NCBI GenBank assembly: GCA_964016885.1
Contig: OZ024740.1
Coordinates: 61,132,001 to 61,196,000, forward strand
DNA: 64,000 nucleotides
Source: Eledone cirrhosa
Taxonomy: Eukaryota
Reading direction: 5' to 3'
Part shown: piece by piece, positions 40,161 to 51,599 of the stretch
Layout: each line of letters opens with the position of its first letter
Position numbering within the stretch: position 1 is the stretch's first letter
Position numbers and translations under genes: made by a program
Notes under the pieces: model-generated
What the model saw: the letters and a program-made list of their open reading frames with translations, nothing else
The model's database searches: none
Told to the model about the DNA's origin: nothing

Positions 40161-41219
40161 GGGAACTTCATTGATAAGATATCAGCCACCTTCATCACAA
40201 ACGGGGAAGCCTCTGCAGTCGTTCGATCTACTGGAAATAGTTAATTCCCCTTACATCACGCCCTGCCATCTTAAAATGATAGGAAACGTTGAACTAAAAT
40301 GCTATTAGATAAGCTGTGCTTAAAAAAAAAAAGACAAAGAGGTCATGACTGGAATGATTTTGAACATACATAAGTCAACTCGATGAGGGCTGACTTGGAG
40401 CTAAACAATAAAACAGCACCATTATTTTTTAAAAGCCGATGGCTTTTTTCGCTGGAATTTTATTGTCAACTTTTCAGGAATGGATAAATTGGAAAAGAAA
40501 ATCAAACAATATGACATTTGAAGATAAACAATGATTTATTGTGAATAACATGGGGCTTTTGTTTCGTATGATAGGAGAATATAATCGATAAAATCGAATA
40601 GGGTGTATTACAGATATTAGTTTTATAGATATCCTTGCATCCCAGAAAATGAAAGGCTTCGGCAATTATTTGTGGATGAGGGAAATTTAGCTTTAGCTAT
40701 ATAATTATGGCAGACGAAACCGAAAAAAAAAAACTGAAGAAATGAAAATCGACAATAAACTCAAAGTGCATTTCTTTCTTTCAGTAGGCACGAGACTTGG
40801 GGTGTTAACAGATTATCGAGTCGGGACTTATTTCATCCATTAGAAAATTAAAACAAAAACTACCGGCAATAATTAGGTAACCATAGAAAGATTATCAACT
40901 AAATTCATACAAACACATCATGTCATGTTATTTATTAGAAAAACTTGTAAAACCTCATACACGAAAGAAACAACTGATGTTGACTCATAATTTGGTCATT
41001 TCAAAAACTTAAATCTATATAGAAGGTTCGTGTAAAAAAAAAGGGGGGGGGGGGCGGTACTATTGTGTTATCGTAAACAACAGGTCAGTCCCGACGAAGT
41101 CAATCCATGAAGAAAGGCGTGTTTAATTGTTATCATTACACTAGTCTGTCTCCCTTGTAAAGACATAAACCCTTACCTCCATATGAAGATGGGTGTAACA
41201 ATTCTTTTTTGAGGGAAAG

Positions 41220-41260
<41 letters not shown>

Positions 41261-41945
41261 GATTTTTATCAAGTTCAATACTTAACTGTTATTTTATTTC
41301 ATCGACCCTAGGACGAAAAGAAAAATTTACCAAACCGTTCTCCAGCTCTGATCACCCACTTTTGTTTTGTTCTTTTTCAACCATAATATATCGAGAACTA
41401 CAATATACAATGTGTCCTACCAATTTTTTTTTTTTTTTCACGGCAGGGTATGATTTGAGGTTGAAGAGATGGGTATCAGTAACTGAAATCAGTTAATCTT
41501 TGTTATTAAAAAAGATAATCTGTGGTAGAGAGAAATAAAATCTAAGCTTTGGGGCTGGGTACTTCGTCGAAGAAAAAATAAAGAGGGTTCTGTTGGAAAT
41601 TCATCCCTTTTAATAGCAAAACTAATTCATAACATGAATTTTGCCGATGACGCATATGTATATGGTTGTAATATATATAGAGAGAGATTCTATAAAAAAT
41701 ATTAGTTTCTCTTTATTGAATTTATTTGCCAATATTTCATTCCACACACAAGAAAGTGAATTAGAGTGAAAAATTTAAAAAGAAAAAAAAATTCAATTAC
41801 TAGAATCGGTATACAACAAACATGTTCGTAGACACGTGATAGACGATGTTTACGAAGGGGAGAAATTACACAAAGAATGGTGGACAAGAAAGAAACAATA
41901 CTGAAATTGTGAAAACGAATAAAGAAATTGTAATAAATAACTTAC

Positions 41946-42086
41946 CATGCTACCAAGCATGAGATCTTGGTCATCGGTGAGTATGAAGATGATATTTGGT
42001 TTCTGTGCGGCATATGTGAGAGGAAAGACAGAACAAATAGACAAAAATATGAAAAACAAGGAAGTTAGTTGATAAAACATTTTCAT
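41946..42086 (-). CDS. GNS: First coding exon of a secreted/lysosomal sulfatase, probably N-acetylglucosamine-6-sulfatase
   Basis: accATG start; 47 aa MKMFYQLTSLFFIFLSICSVFPLTYA|AQKPNIIFILTDDQDLMLGSM = signal peptide plus the GNS/SULF motif PNIxxxLTDDQD, followed by a perfect phase-0 donor GTAAGT. An intron right after this Met fits my recollection of GNS rather than SULF1/2 gene structure. Confidence 0.8.
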
Positions 42087-42245
42087 GGTACTGAGCGTCT
42101 GCATGTGTGTATTGCAGACCGACCCGATTCGGTGTGAGATGAATAAATGTCCTCTTCAAATATATATACCGTTGCCGCCTGGCGTCAGTATATAGTCGTT
42201 TTTTAGGTCATTTTGATAGCATGCTAAGACTGCCTTCGAATTTAA
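42087..42245 (-). promoter_or_regulatory. Putative 5' UTR/core promoter of the sulfatase gene
   Basis: CpG-retaining patch with TATATATTT (42158-42168, minus) and a CRE-like TGACGCCA (42180-42187, minus). Confidence 0.4.
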
Positions 42246-42410
42246 AGTAAGCTTATTTTTATTCCCATATATATATATATATATTATATATTATATATAT
42301 ATATATATAGTAATAATAATAAATTTAAAAACTAAAATCCAAAGAGGGCTCGATAAGGATAAAAATATATCAAATATATAAGAACCCTAGAGCAATCTGG
42401 TATTTTAATA

Positions 42411-42452
<42 letters not shown>

Positions 42453-42689
42453 GTGTGTGTATGTATGCACGCATATGTATATTTATGTATGTATATATAC
42501 GTATGTATATATGTATGTATATGTATATATGAAAATATATTATATATATATATATATGTGTGTGTGTTCGTATGTATATATATATATATATATACATGTA
42601 TGTATATATATTTGTGTGTGTATGTATATATATATATATACATGTATGTCTATGCATATATGTGTGTGTGTATATATATATATATATAA

Positions 42690-43140
42690 AAGTATGTACA
42701 CGTACATACATATATGTATACAGACGTACAGTAGTATGTATATATATATACATACATGCACACATATATATATGTACGTATGGATTCACCGAACATTTAT
42801 TATAATGCTCGGTGTGTTTGTAAACAAACATCCCGTATTAAGCCGTAGTGTCCAGCAAATATCGTTGCTCGTTTGTTCAACACTGACAAAGGAACGCTGT
42901 ACTAGTTTCAAGCTTATTAGCTATCGTCAGCAACGTATACCTTCCTGCCAGATTGTTGAACGTATATACTTACCTTATGCATATTAACGGCTGAGTAGCC
43001 CAATTTGCATGTCGAGTGGGTTAATCGGCCGGGTGCACCGAAAGCTATAAACGGAAAAAATGGAAAAAAACTTATATTTAAGTAACAGCCGTACTAAGAG
43101 TGGGAAATGAAATTGCGTTTCATTTTTTCCGTTTATATAT
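42690..43140 (-). mobile_element. Family A hammerhead repeat (minus), with a short inverted piece at 43071-43135
   Basis: Reverse complement of the 5111-5645 unit; 43071-43135 is the unit's aagtaacagccgtactaagagtg block in the opposite orientation. Confidence 0.85.
42894..42936 (-). ncRNA. Minimal type I hammerhead ribozyme, family A
   Basis: acgttg-CTGACGA-tagctaataagctt-GAAA-ctag-TA-cagcgt; stem I is kept through a U-G wobble. Confidence 0.9.
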
Positions 43141-43345
43141 ATATATATATATTTCGTTTCTGAATTTGTTTAGCAAGATTCTTTATCTGAAAACGTGTGT
43201 TGAAACCGATATTGTTATACTTTGGGAGGGTCATGTTGCCAATAAGAAACACACGCACCAGTTGTTTCACTTCAATTTATTATAATAAATTTTTAAATTT
43301 CCGGTTGGTTGGTTGGTTCCACAACCAGATGATTGTTTATATATT

Positions 43346-43388
43346 GTCAAAGTTCTTTCGTCACACATTCTGTGACCTCTTCAGTGAC
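43346..43388 (-). ncRNA. Minimal type I hammerhead, family C (Penelope 3' region, left arm)
   Basis: gtca-CTGAAGA-ggtcac agaatgt gtgac-GAAA-gaac-TT-tgac. Confidence 0.8.
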
Positions 43389-43575
43389 TGGGGATTCTTT
43401 TCTTTGTTTTCGTGCCTCTTCTTTGTTCTGTCCTACGCCATCTTGTCTTTGTGTGTGTTGTGTGCTTAGTTTGCGCATGTGTTACATCCAGGTGTCTGTG
43501 TGTATTTATATTTGTTTATTTACGTGTTACTGGTTGCTTGTTTGTTCTATGTGCGTGTGTGTTTTCATTTTGTCC

Positions 43576-46533
43576 TTAATTGTAAGTTGTGATGCTGCTG
43601 TTCCATTCATGTTTTCTATTTAATTTTGGTTGGAGTTCATTTATGTTTATTGCCTCTGTGATTTGTCTAAACATTGCGTCTTTTCTGTGAGTAGATTCTA
43701 TTTTTATTTCTATGTTCTCTAATTTACCCTTATGTTCTATTTTAGCATGTTGGTTGAGTACAGATGATCCTTTACTATCTTGAAGGTCTCGCCAGTGTTC
43801 ATTTATCCGTTTCCCTATACTACGAGCTGTCTCACCTATGTCCACTATATTCTTATCTCTACATTGTCTTTCAGTACATCTTATGCTATAGACTACATTT
43901 CTAGTTTTACAGTTAATATGGGGGCTTAATTTACAGATTATACATTTCTTATCTATACAGGGAGGTCTTTGAAAAGGGTATGTATTGCTAATAAGTGTTT
44001 TTATGGAGGTACCTGGTCTTTCTACTATCTTAATATTGAGTTTATGTTTATCTAGGGCCCTTCTAAATGTGTAAGCTAATTCACCTCTAGGGGTTGTATC
44101 GATGAACATTACATTCTGGTATTTATTGCTATCATACCATAAGTTTATTCTATTAACCTTATTCCTAGTTCTTTCTATTCTATTCCAAAATTTGCTCCTA
44201 TACAAGGGGCAGGTCCCATTTGTGTCATTATTTACCATTTTTTCCCATTTGGTTCTGGCTCCTCTATATACTTTGATTTTATCTCTCTGATTGTAACCAG
44301 AGAACTGCATACGGTGGATGAAGTGTTGTATGTCTCTCTCTAGTTCTTTGGGGTTGCACATGCGGGACACGTTTTTCATCACCCGTACCAAATCAGTATG
44401 TTGATTTTGGTATGGTCCGAAACAGCTGAGTTTCGGTGGATCCGATATTTGGAAGTCATGGGTTTGGCATAATGGGAATGGAGGATTTGTTTTTTGTTAT
44501 TAATGGTATCTAACCAGAGCTCTGTGTCTAGTACAGGTAATCGATGGTTGGGGTGTTTGCTTGGGTAGTCTATAGTAACTCTAATACTCTGGTGGATGCA
44601 TTTAGCTATTTGCTGGATGCTTTCCATTGTGTTTTTCTCTTATTCCTGACTGTTCTCTAGTGGGGTGTTTTTACTACGATGTTTATATCATCAACGTAGC
44701 GGGAGTACATTATTAGGGTTAAGGGGTCTTCTAATTGTTCTTTAAGTTTAAGTTTAAGTCTACTGTCCCACCATACCATGAATAGGTTAGCTATGTCGCG
44801 TGCAATGCTAACACCAATGGCTGCTCCCTCCTCTTGGGCATATGTTTTCCCATTAAATTTGAACATATGTTCCTTAAGGGTTAATTTTATGCTGGTCCCC
44901 ACCGCATGTGCAATCATTTTCTTTAGTTCATCGTGGTTTTCGGGGGTCCGTATGGCTCTGGTCCACCCGTTCCATCTATCTGTGTGGGTTTTCTTGGCCA
45001 TTGAGGTAATGGTAGGTGGTCTGCCTCTTGCTGGTCTTGTAGGGCACAGGCTGCTAAGGCCATATGTATCTAGATAATTATTACTATAGGTAAGTTTAAG
45101 TAGGAGTCCCAGCTCACTGGTATCAATCCCACGGAATTCAACATTGCTCTCACTGATCATTTCTACGCATTTCTCCACAGCAAAATCCACGTCAATAGAT
45201 GGATCTATTATGCAGTTTGTTAGGTCCCTAGATCGGTTACTCTTGCCGATTCTGCTGAGGAGGTCCTCCGTGCTGTCACATATATCTGGGGACATTTCAG
45301 TGATGGGGCGTATGATCAGGGAGAGGAAGTAGGAAAGTCTGTAGTTACTAGCAATGTTAGCTCCACAGACTGGCCGTGTTAGTGGTCCTGTGACAGGGTC
45401 ACTGCTCGTTTTATGGTCTTTTCTAAGCCCATACAACGCTGGCACGTCATTGTTCCAGGCCTGGAAGTTGTTGGCAGTCCTTTTGTTGGGCTGCATTATA
45501 TTTGCCCACATCATCATATGGGCATTGAGGGCTTTTTTCCCTATCCTCATGCTCTTGTGGTGTTACTTCTCTTGTGTTAGTGATGTGGGGTTGCATTGCC
45601 TGGATGTAGTTTGACAGACTGTCAATCGACATTCTTCCAGACTTGTCTGTTGGAAAGCATGCAATCTCTCCATTACGCGAGTGCTGCATGAGTTTACGCA
45701 AGCCATTTGCAGATTTTTCTCCCAGTTGCTGGGCCTCCATTCTATTATGCTTCTTGCTATACTGTTCTATAATATTTCTAAGTTTAGATCTAGCTATACT
45801 AAATTGTGCTTCTGTTTGTTCATCGACCTGCGACGGCAATTGCGTGCGTTTGTTAAAAGCTAAAGTCGTGGCGTGGACTCGTCGCAGGTCGAACGACTTA
45901 TCGGAAGGATTATAAAAAGTAGAGTTCCAGGCTGCTGCTTTATGTGCACTAATGCTATTGTTATTGTTAGGTGTGTTGTTTCTATTTCTATTTCCACCAA
46001 CAGCCTCATGGTTGTTTCTATGTCTCTCATTATTACTCCTGTCTCTTTCCTCTGGCTCATTGTTATTATCTACTCTATTTTGTGTGTCTGTGTGTTCGTC
46101 CTGGTTCTTTTCTCTATCCATAGTCTCCCTTCTCCTTTCAATCCTATTACCTTCCCTTATTTGTGTGCTACTGTCATTACCTGTTTTCTGTGTCTGTGTG
46201 TTTGTTAAGATTGTGGTGCTGGTGAGAGGCATTGAATGTGTGTGTGTGTGTTGTTGTTGTTGATGTGTGCTGTTGTTGATGTGTGTTGTTGTTGTCTCCG
46301 TGTATGTTATTATTGTTGTGTGTGTTGTTATTGTTGTTTGTGTCTGCGTGTCTGTTGTTGTTTCTGAGTATGTTATTATTGTTGATGTGTGTGTTGTTGT
46401 TATCGTTGTTTGTGTCTGTGTGTCTGTTGTTGTTGGGATGTGTGTTGTATATGTGTGCGTATGTTGTTACTTTTGTTTTTGAGGCTCCAACGTAATTTTG
46501 TAAATGATTTTTCTATTTCTGACAAGCATTTTA
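43576..46533 (-). pseudogene. Penelope RT/GIY-YIG polyprotein, disrupted
   Basis: PTDKSGRM, PALYGLRKDHK...RPV, QEEGAAIG, SRYVDDI, LPVLDTEL, CKTRNVVYSIRC...IGETARSIGKRINEH; several frameshifts and a stop at 44657. Confidence 0.92.
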
Positions 46534-47393
46534 TCAGCTGTTTCGGACCATACCAAAATCAACATACTTATTGCGGATTTGGTACGGGTGATGAAAAACG
46601 TGTCCCGCATGTGCAACCCCAAAGAACTAGAGAGACACATACAACACTTCATCCACCGTATACAGTTCTCTGGTTACAATCAGAGAGATAAAATCAGAGT
46701 ATATAGAGGAGCCAGAACCAAATGGAAAAAATGGTAAATAATGACACAAATGGGACCTGCCCCTTGTATAGGAGCAAATTTTGGAATAGAATAGAAAGAA
46801 CTAGAAATAAGGTTAATAGAATAAACTCATGGTATGATAGCAATAAATACCAGAGTGTAATGTTCATCGATACAACCCCTAGAGGTGAATTAGCTTACAA
46901 ATTTACAAGGGCCCTAGATAAACATAAACTCAATATTAAGATAGTAGAAAGACCAGGTACCTCCATAAAAACACTTATTAGCAATACATACCCTTTTCAA
47001 AGACCTCCATGTATAGATAAGAAATGTATAATCTGTAAATTAAACCCCCATATTAACTGTAAAACTAGAAATGTAGTATATAGCATAAGATGTACTGAAG
47101 GACAATGTAGAGATAAGAATATAGTGTACATAGGTGAGACAGCTCGTAGTATAGGGAAACGGATAAATGAACACTGGCAAGACCTTCAAGATAGTAAAGG
47201 ATCATCTGTACTCAACCAACATGCTAAAATAGAACATAAGGGTAAATTAGAGAACATAGAAATAAAAATAGAATCTACACACAGAAAAGACGCAATGTTT
47301 AGACAAATCACAGAGGCAATAAACATAAATGAACTCCAACCAAAATTAAATAGAAAACATGAATGGAACAGCAACATCACAACTTACAATTAA
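46534..47393 (+). pseudogene. Inverted duplicate of the Penelope C-terminus (GIY-YIG)
   Basis: ORFs 46504-46737 and 46722-47393 are near-identical to 43576-44391 and retain the intact VYIGET motif. Confidence 0.92.
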
Positions 47394-47580
47394 GGACAAA
47401 ATGAAAACACACACGCACATAGAATAAACAACCAACCAGTAACACGTAAATAAACAAATATAAACACACACAGACACCCGGATGTAACACATGCGCAAAC
47501 TAAGCACACAACACACACAAAAACAAGATGGCGTAGGACAGAACAAAGAAGAGGCACGAAAACAAAGAAAAGAATCCCCA

Positions 47581-47623
47581 GTCACTGAAGAGGTCACAGA
47601 ATGTGTGACGAAAGAACTTTGAC
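47581..47623 (+). ncRNA. Minimal type I hammerhead, family C (right arm)
   Basis: gtca-CTGAAGA-ggtcacagaatgtgtgac-GAAA-gaac-TT-tgac. Confidence 0.8.
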
Positions 47624-47773
47624 AATATATAAACAATCATCTGATTGTGGAACCAACCAACCGACCGGAAATTTATAAATTCCTAAATTTATAAATTTAT
47701 TATAATAAATTGAAGTGAAAGCAACTGGTGCGTGTGTTTCTTATTGGCAACATGACCCTCCCAAAGTATAACA

Positions 47774-47821
<48 letters not shown>

Positions 47822-47822
47822 G

Positions 47823-48222
47823 GTATAAACGTTTGTATATGTATAATAAAGCCAAAACAATGCATGTATGGACATAGAATAAAGAATGCAAATGCAAAAG
47901 TTATTGTTGACAATTAGTCTTTTACCTTAGATTTATTTAAATGTCCTTAATTTTTCGAGATAATATCTCTTCTTCGGAGGGAAGTAAAGCGGTTAAACCA
48001 GTGTTCTAAATAGCTTGCCATGACTTGGCAAGCTATTTAGAACACTGGTTTAACCGCTTTACTTCCCTCCAAAGAAGAGATATTATCTCGAAAATTAAAG
48101 ACATTTAAATAAATCTAAGGTAAAAGACTAATTGTCAACAATATCTTTTGCATTTGCATTCTTTATTCTATGTCCATACCTGCATTGTTTGGGCTTTATT
48201 ATACATATACAAACGTTTATAC
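47823..48222. repeat. ~400-bp fold-back (~197-bp arms, 5-nt loop) carrying hammerhead-like family D
   Basis: 47823-48020 is the reverse complement of 48026-48222 with few mismatches; loop tgact. Confidence 0.95.
47945..47980 (-). ncRNA. Hammerhead-like motif, family D (U4C core variant)
   Basis: cct-CCGAAGA-agagatattatctc-GAAA-aat-TA-agg; the mirror copy at 48066-48100 has a mutated core (CCAAAGA). Confidence 0.55.
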
Positions 48223-48306
48223 TTCATTACACAATGCTTCAAGTGAACTATAACTTCCTCCTATATATATATACATATATATATATATATACATATATAT
48301 ACATAT

Positions 48307-48374
<68 letters not shown>

Positions 48375-48376
48375 TA

Positions 48377-48900
48377 GGCGGACCCAGAAAAACCTGGGAC
48401 GACCTGATAAACTCCGACCTCACACACTTACACCTCTCCAAGACAATGTTACTGGACCGAGATCTTTGGCGGCACTCAGTAATAGAGAAGACCCGCCTTA
48501 CCTAAATACAAAGTAAAACCTACTACAGTCAGTAGGCATCTCTAACAAAATACACCGCCGTCCCACCACCCCCACCCCATCCACACCGCCCCTTTCAATG
48601 TAAAGTTATGTTGGTGCCACAACATCCAGGCCGAAACAAATGAGATCGTGTAGGTGTCACGACAAAAAAAACACACAGTCCACGCTGTAATGTGGCCGTG
48701 TAGGCAACACGGTAAATACCTCCCAGTCCCACACTGTAAATGTGTTAGGTGTTAGGAAGGGCATCCAGCTGTAGAAAACCTGCCAGACAGTCCTATGCGA
48801 GCAAGACAACCACTCTTGCCTCAAGTGGGAAAACTCCCGTCCAAACCCATGCAAGCGTGGAACATGGATATTAAACGATGATGATGATGATGATGATGAT
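48377..48900 (+). mobile_element. 5'-truncated copy of the young RTE family with complete 3' UTR and (GAT)n tail
   Basis: 48385-48553 matches the reverse complement of 1195-1365 (PRKTWDDLINSDLTHLHLSKTM...) and continues to a (GAT)n tail. A related 3' UTR copy lies at 61125-61525 (minus). Confidence 0.9.
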
Positions 48901-49139
48901 ATATATATATATATATATATATGTATCTATGTATGTATATATGTATGTATATATTATATACAAGTGAAAATTATATTTTATTATACAGAGCATATAAATA
49001 AATTTGCAGTAGAATAACATAACAAATATGTTTTAAATATATACATTAATAACATTACAAATGCTTAGACAACATTATAAATTGCTTGCAATTCTTTCAG
49101 AAAGATATATTCTTTTAATGTTGCAATATTAAAGAAAAT

Positions 49140-49595
49140 GTAAAGGAAGGGGTGAACAGCCGAGCCAACACCAGAGCAAAAGACAGCAACGTCACGAGGA
49201 GTACCGGGCAACCTCTCTAATGATTTTTTAGGCAAGCCAGCACACTCACAGTGTTGCTTCGGGTGATGGCGAGGCTAATGCGCTAGAACAAACAAGCGCC
49301 CTCGCGAGATTTGCCAGTTACCTCTATTAGGCGAGCCACCAGTGAAGAGAGGAACCTCGCAGTCAGCGGCCCGACTCCCCCAAACATCTCGAAAGCCACA
49401 GGCTGAAAAATATAGCTGGCCGACAGATCACAGTATTTGAGGGTCTTACTCCACTCGGCTGCGGAAGCTGTGGCTCTTGTCCTAACCGCAGCATCCAGGA
49501 TGTGGGAACGAGCAAAAGAGTCACTAACAGTGATGTCCCAGACAAGGCACCTGCATCTCGACCAGGGGCACAGGGTAAGGCCGTCAGGTCTTTTG
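49140..49595 (-). mobile_element. CRE-clade non-LTR retrotransposon 3' fragment (restriction-like endonuclease)
   Basis: KRPDGLTLCPW...LVWDITVSD...AAEWSKTLKY...FQPVAFEMFG...REGACLF*RISLAITRSN, the PD..D RLE C-terminus typical of CRE elements; abuts (TA)n. Confidence 0.85.
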
Positions 49596-51599
49596 TATAT
49601 ATATATATATACGTACACATATCATCATTTAACGTTCATTTTTTCCCCCTGATAACATGGATTGGATGGGTCATCATAGACTGTGTCAGATAGGCCAGGG
49701 TTGCATCTTGTTTACTTACATTCCTGCCCTCTAGTGCTCAGATTAGTCTTTTTGGTATGGTTTATACAGTGGGATGCCCTTCTTATTACCAAACACCTCA
49801 CAGGGTGTACTGTGTGCATTTCTTGAGGCATCAGCACCAGAGCGGTTTCAGTCAATGACACAACTGAAGACCCTCTACAGGGAAAAAGGTGATTTAAGAA
49901 GGGTGATAAGTATGATATTATGGATGAAGGACCTCCAAGAGAAATTTTGCAAGGCAGTACAAGACCCTTTTGGGGCCCAAAGCAGGCAAAGGTTTTTCTC
50001 AAAATGGTTGTTGTATGGTTGCTGTGGGGCTTTCTTAGCTCTTAGACCCAGAACAAAGTACCAGCTGAACCCCCCGCCCTCTTATAGGCCATGTGTGTGT
50101 GTATGTGTGACATGTGTGCTGCTGTGGTGAATTTTAACAGAACGGGGAGTAAGGAGGAGGGCGTGACCTCAAGTAGCATGGGAGGTGCTGTGATTATAAC
50201 AGCTACTGGTGTGTTAGGATTTTAAAGGTGGGTGTAATCCCGGGTAGAGTGATGAACCTGGATAGTGTGGGTGTTAAGATTTAAGAGGGGTGGAGGTGAT
50301 CCTGGATGGAGTAGGGATGGCAGTGTACAGTGATGGAGAGAATAGTTACTACGGAGTTATAGTGAAAGTGGCGATTCACATGAATGGGTCAGGTCAGATT
50401 TTATGCATGTCATCACTCTTTACAGTTTTTTGTCATCTCTGGTGTGAAGCCTAGCTTCATAAGTTTGATCTTTTTTACCTTATCCCATGTTTTTCTAGGT
50501 CTGTCTCTTCCATGGGTCCTATCTATTGAGATTTCTCTGCATGTTTTTATACAGCCATCATTTTCCATACATATCACACATCCATACTAACGCAGTTTTC
50601 TCTCTTGCACACTGCACCAGACTCCTCTTATACAGAGGTTTTCTCTCAGCTCACTTATACTACATCGTTCATAACCTGCCATGCCCGAGCTTTTCAGTAT
50701 TTCAGCAACTACACCTGATGGTTCAGCTGCCTTCCCTATCTTCAATTGTTCTGTCTATCACACTATCTATCACTATGAACATAAGGCAGGTCCTCACTCT
50801 CCCATCTATTCTTTTATTTCATCAGTCTCTTGTAATAGGATTTCCATGCCTCTTTCTTTTCGGCATCAGTGATGCCAATCACTTAACAGCATGTACTGGT
50901 AGCATGGTTCTATGGCTTGATGCCCTTCCTAACACCAACCACTTTACAGAGTGTAATGGGGACATTTTATCATGACTCTGACATTATCATCTTACAGGGT
51001 AGATTGGGTGCTTTTTGCCATGGCACCAGCACTACCACCTTACAGGGTGGACTAGGTGCTTTTGTAGTGATACTACAAAATTTAATTACAGCACTAGCAT
51101 GCTCAGTGTACATAGCCATGCTGGAAATGGGGTTTGAGGCTGGGGTACCAGCATTTTATTGCTAGAAAGAAGGGGTTCATAATGTCATGATGGTGCCCAG
51201 CTTCCCTTGGTGGCTTAGAAGAGGAGCATTTATATATTTCTTGAGGTAAGTGATTGGGTGGGTGGTGTTTTGTAATTTTGGAGGTGTACCAGGCTTTCCT
51301 GGGTTGGGAAAATACAGGAGTGCAAGGTTCAGTAGGGAAGATGAATCAGTGAAGGTTCCTCCTTGATTTCCATGCTAACATGGGTTGAGCAAAGAAGTCA
51401 GATGTATATCGGCAGGTGAGGACCTCAGAGTGGTTCCATTTCTCTATTTCTTCAGATTTAGGATGGAGAAGGGGATCAGGGGTATGCTGGCAAAGGATTT
51501 AAGGAGTATATTGGCAGGTGATAGATGGGACTTGAGTATTGTAACACTTCTCTGCTTCTTCGGGTTTAGTATTGAGGGAGGTAGGTGGCTTAGACATCA

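Larger units (their letters stand above)
43211..47775 (-). mobile_element. Penelope-like element with ~1.2-kb inverted arms
   Basis: The minus-strand ORF chain 46232->43576 encodes RT and GIY-YIG; 43211-44429 is the reverse complement of 46534-47775; a hammerhead lies in each arm. Confidence 0.95.

Noticed and set aside
41177-41203. 27-nt AG/GT-bounded segment as possible sulfatase exon 2 (NCYTHLHME)
   Set aside because: No similarity to GNS/SULF sequence following the DQD motif.
42332-42987. Many ORFs rich in Y/I/C/V/H/T (also 35331-35905, 62030-63181, 8388-8676)
   Set aside because: Translations of (TA)n, (CA)n, (TATG)n and (TGAG)n microsatellites; not proteins.
45873-46691. Hydrophobic V/C/L-rich plus-strand ORFs
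   Set aside because: Antisense of the low-complexity (CAA/CA-rich) N-terminal region of the Penelope ORF.
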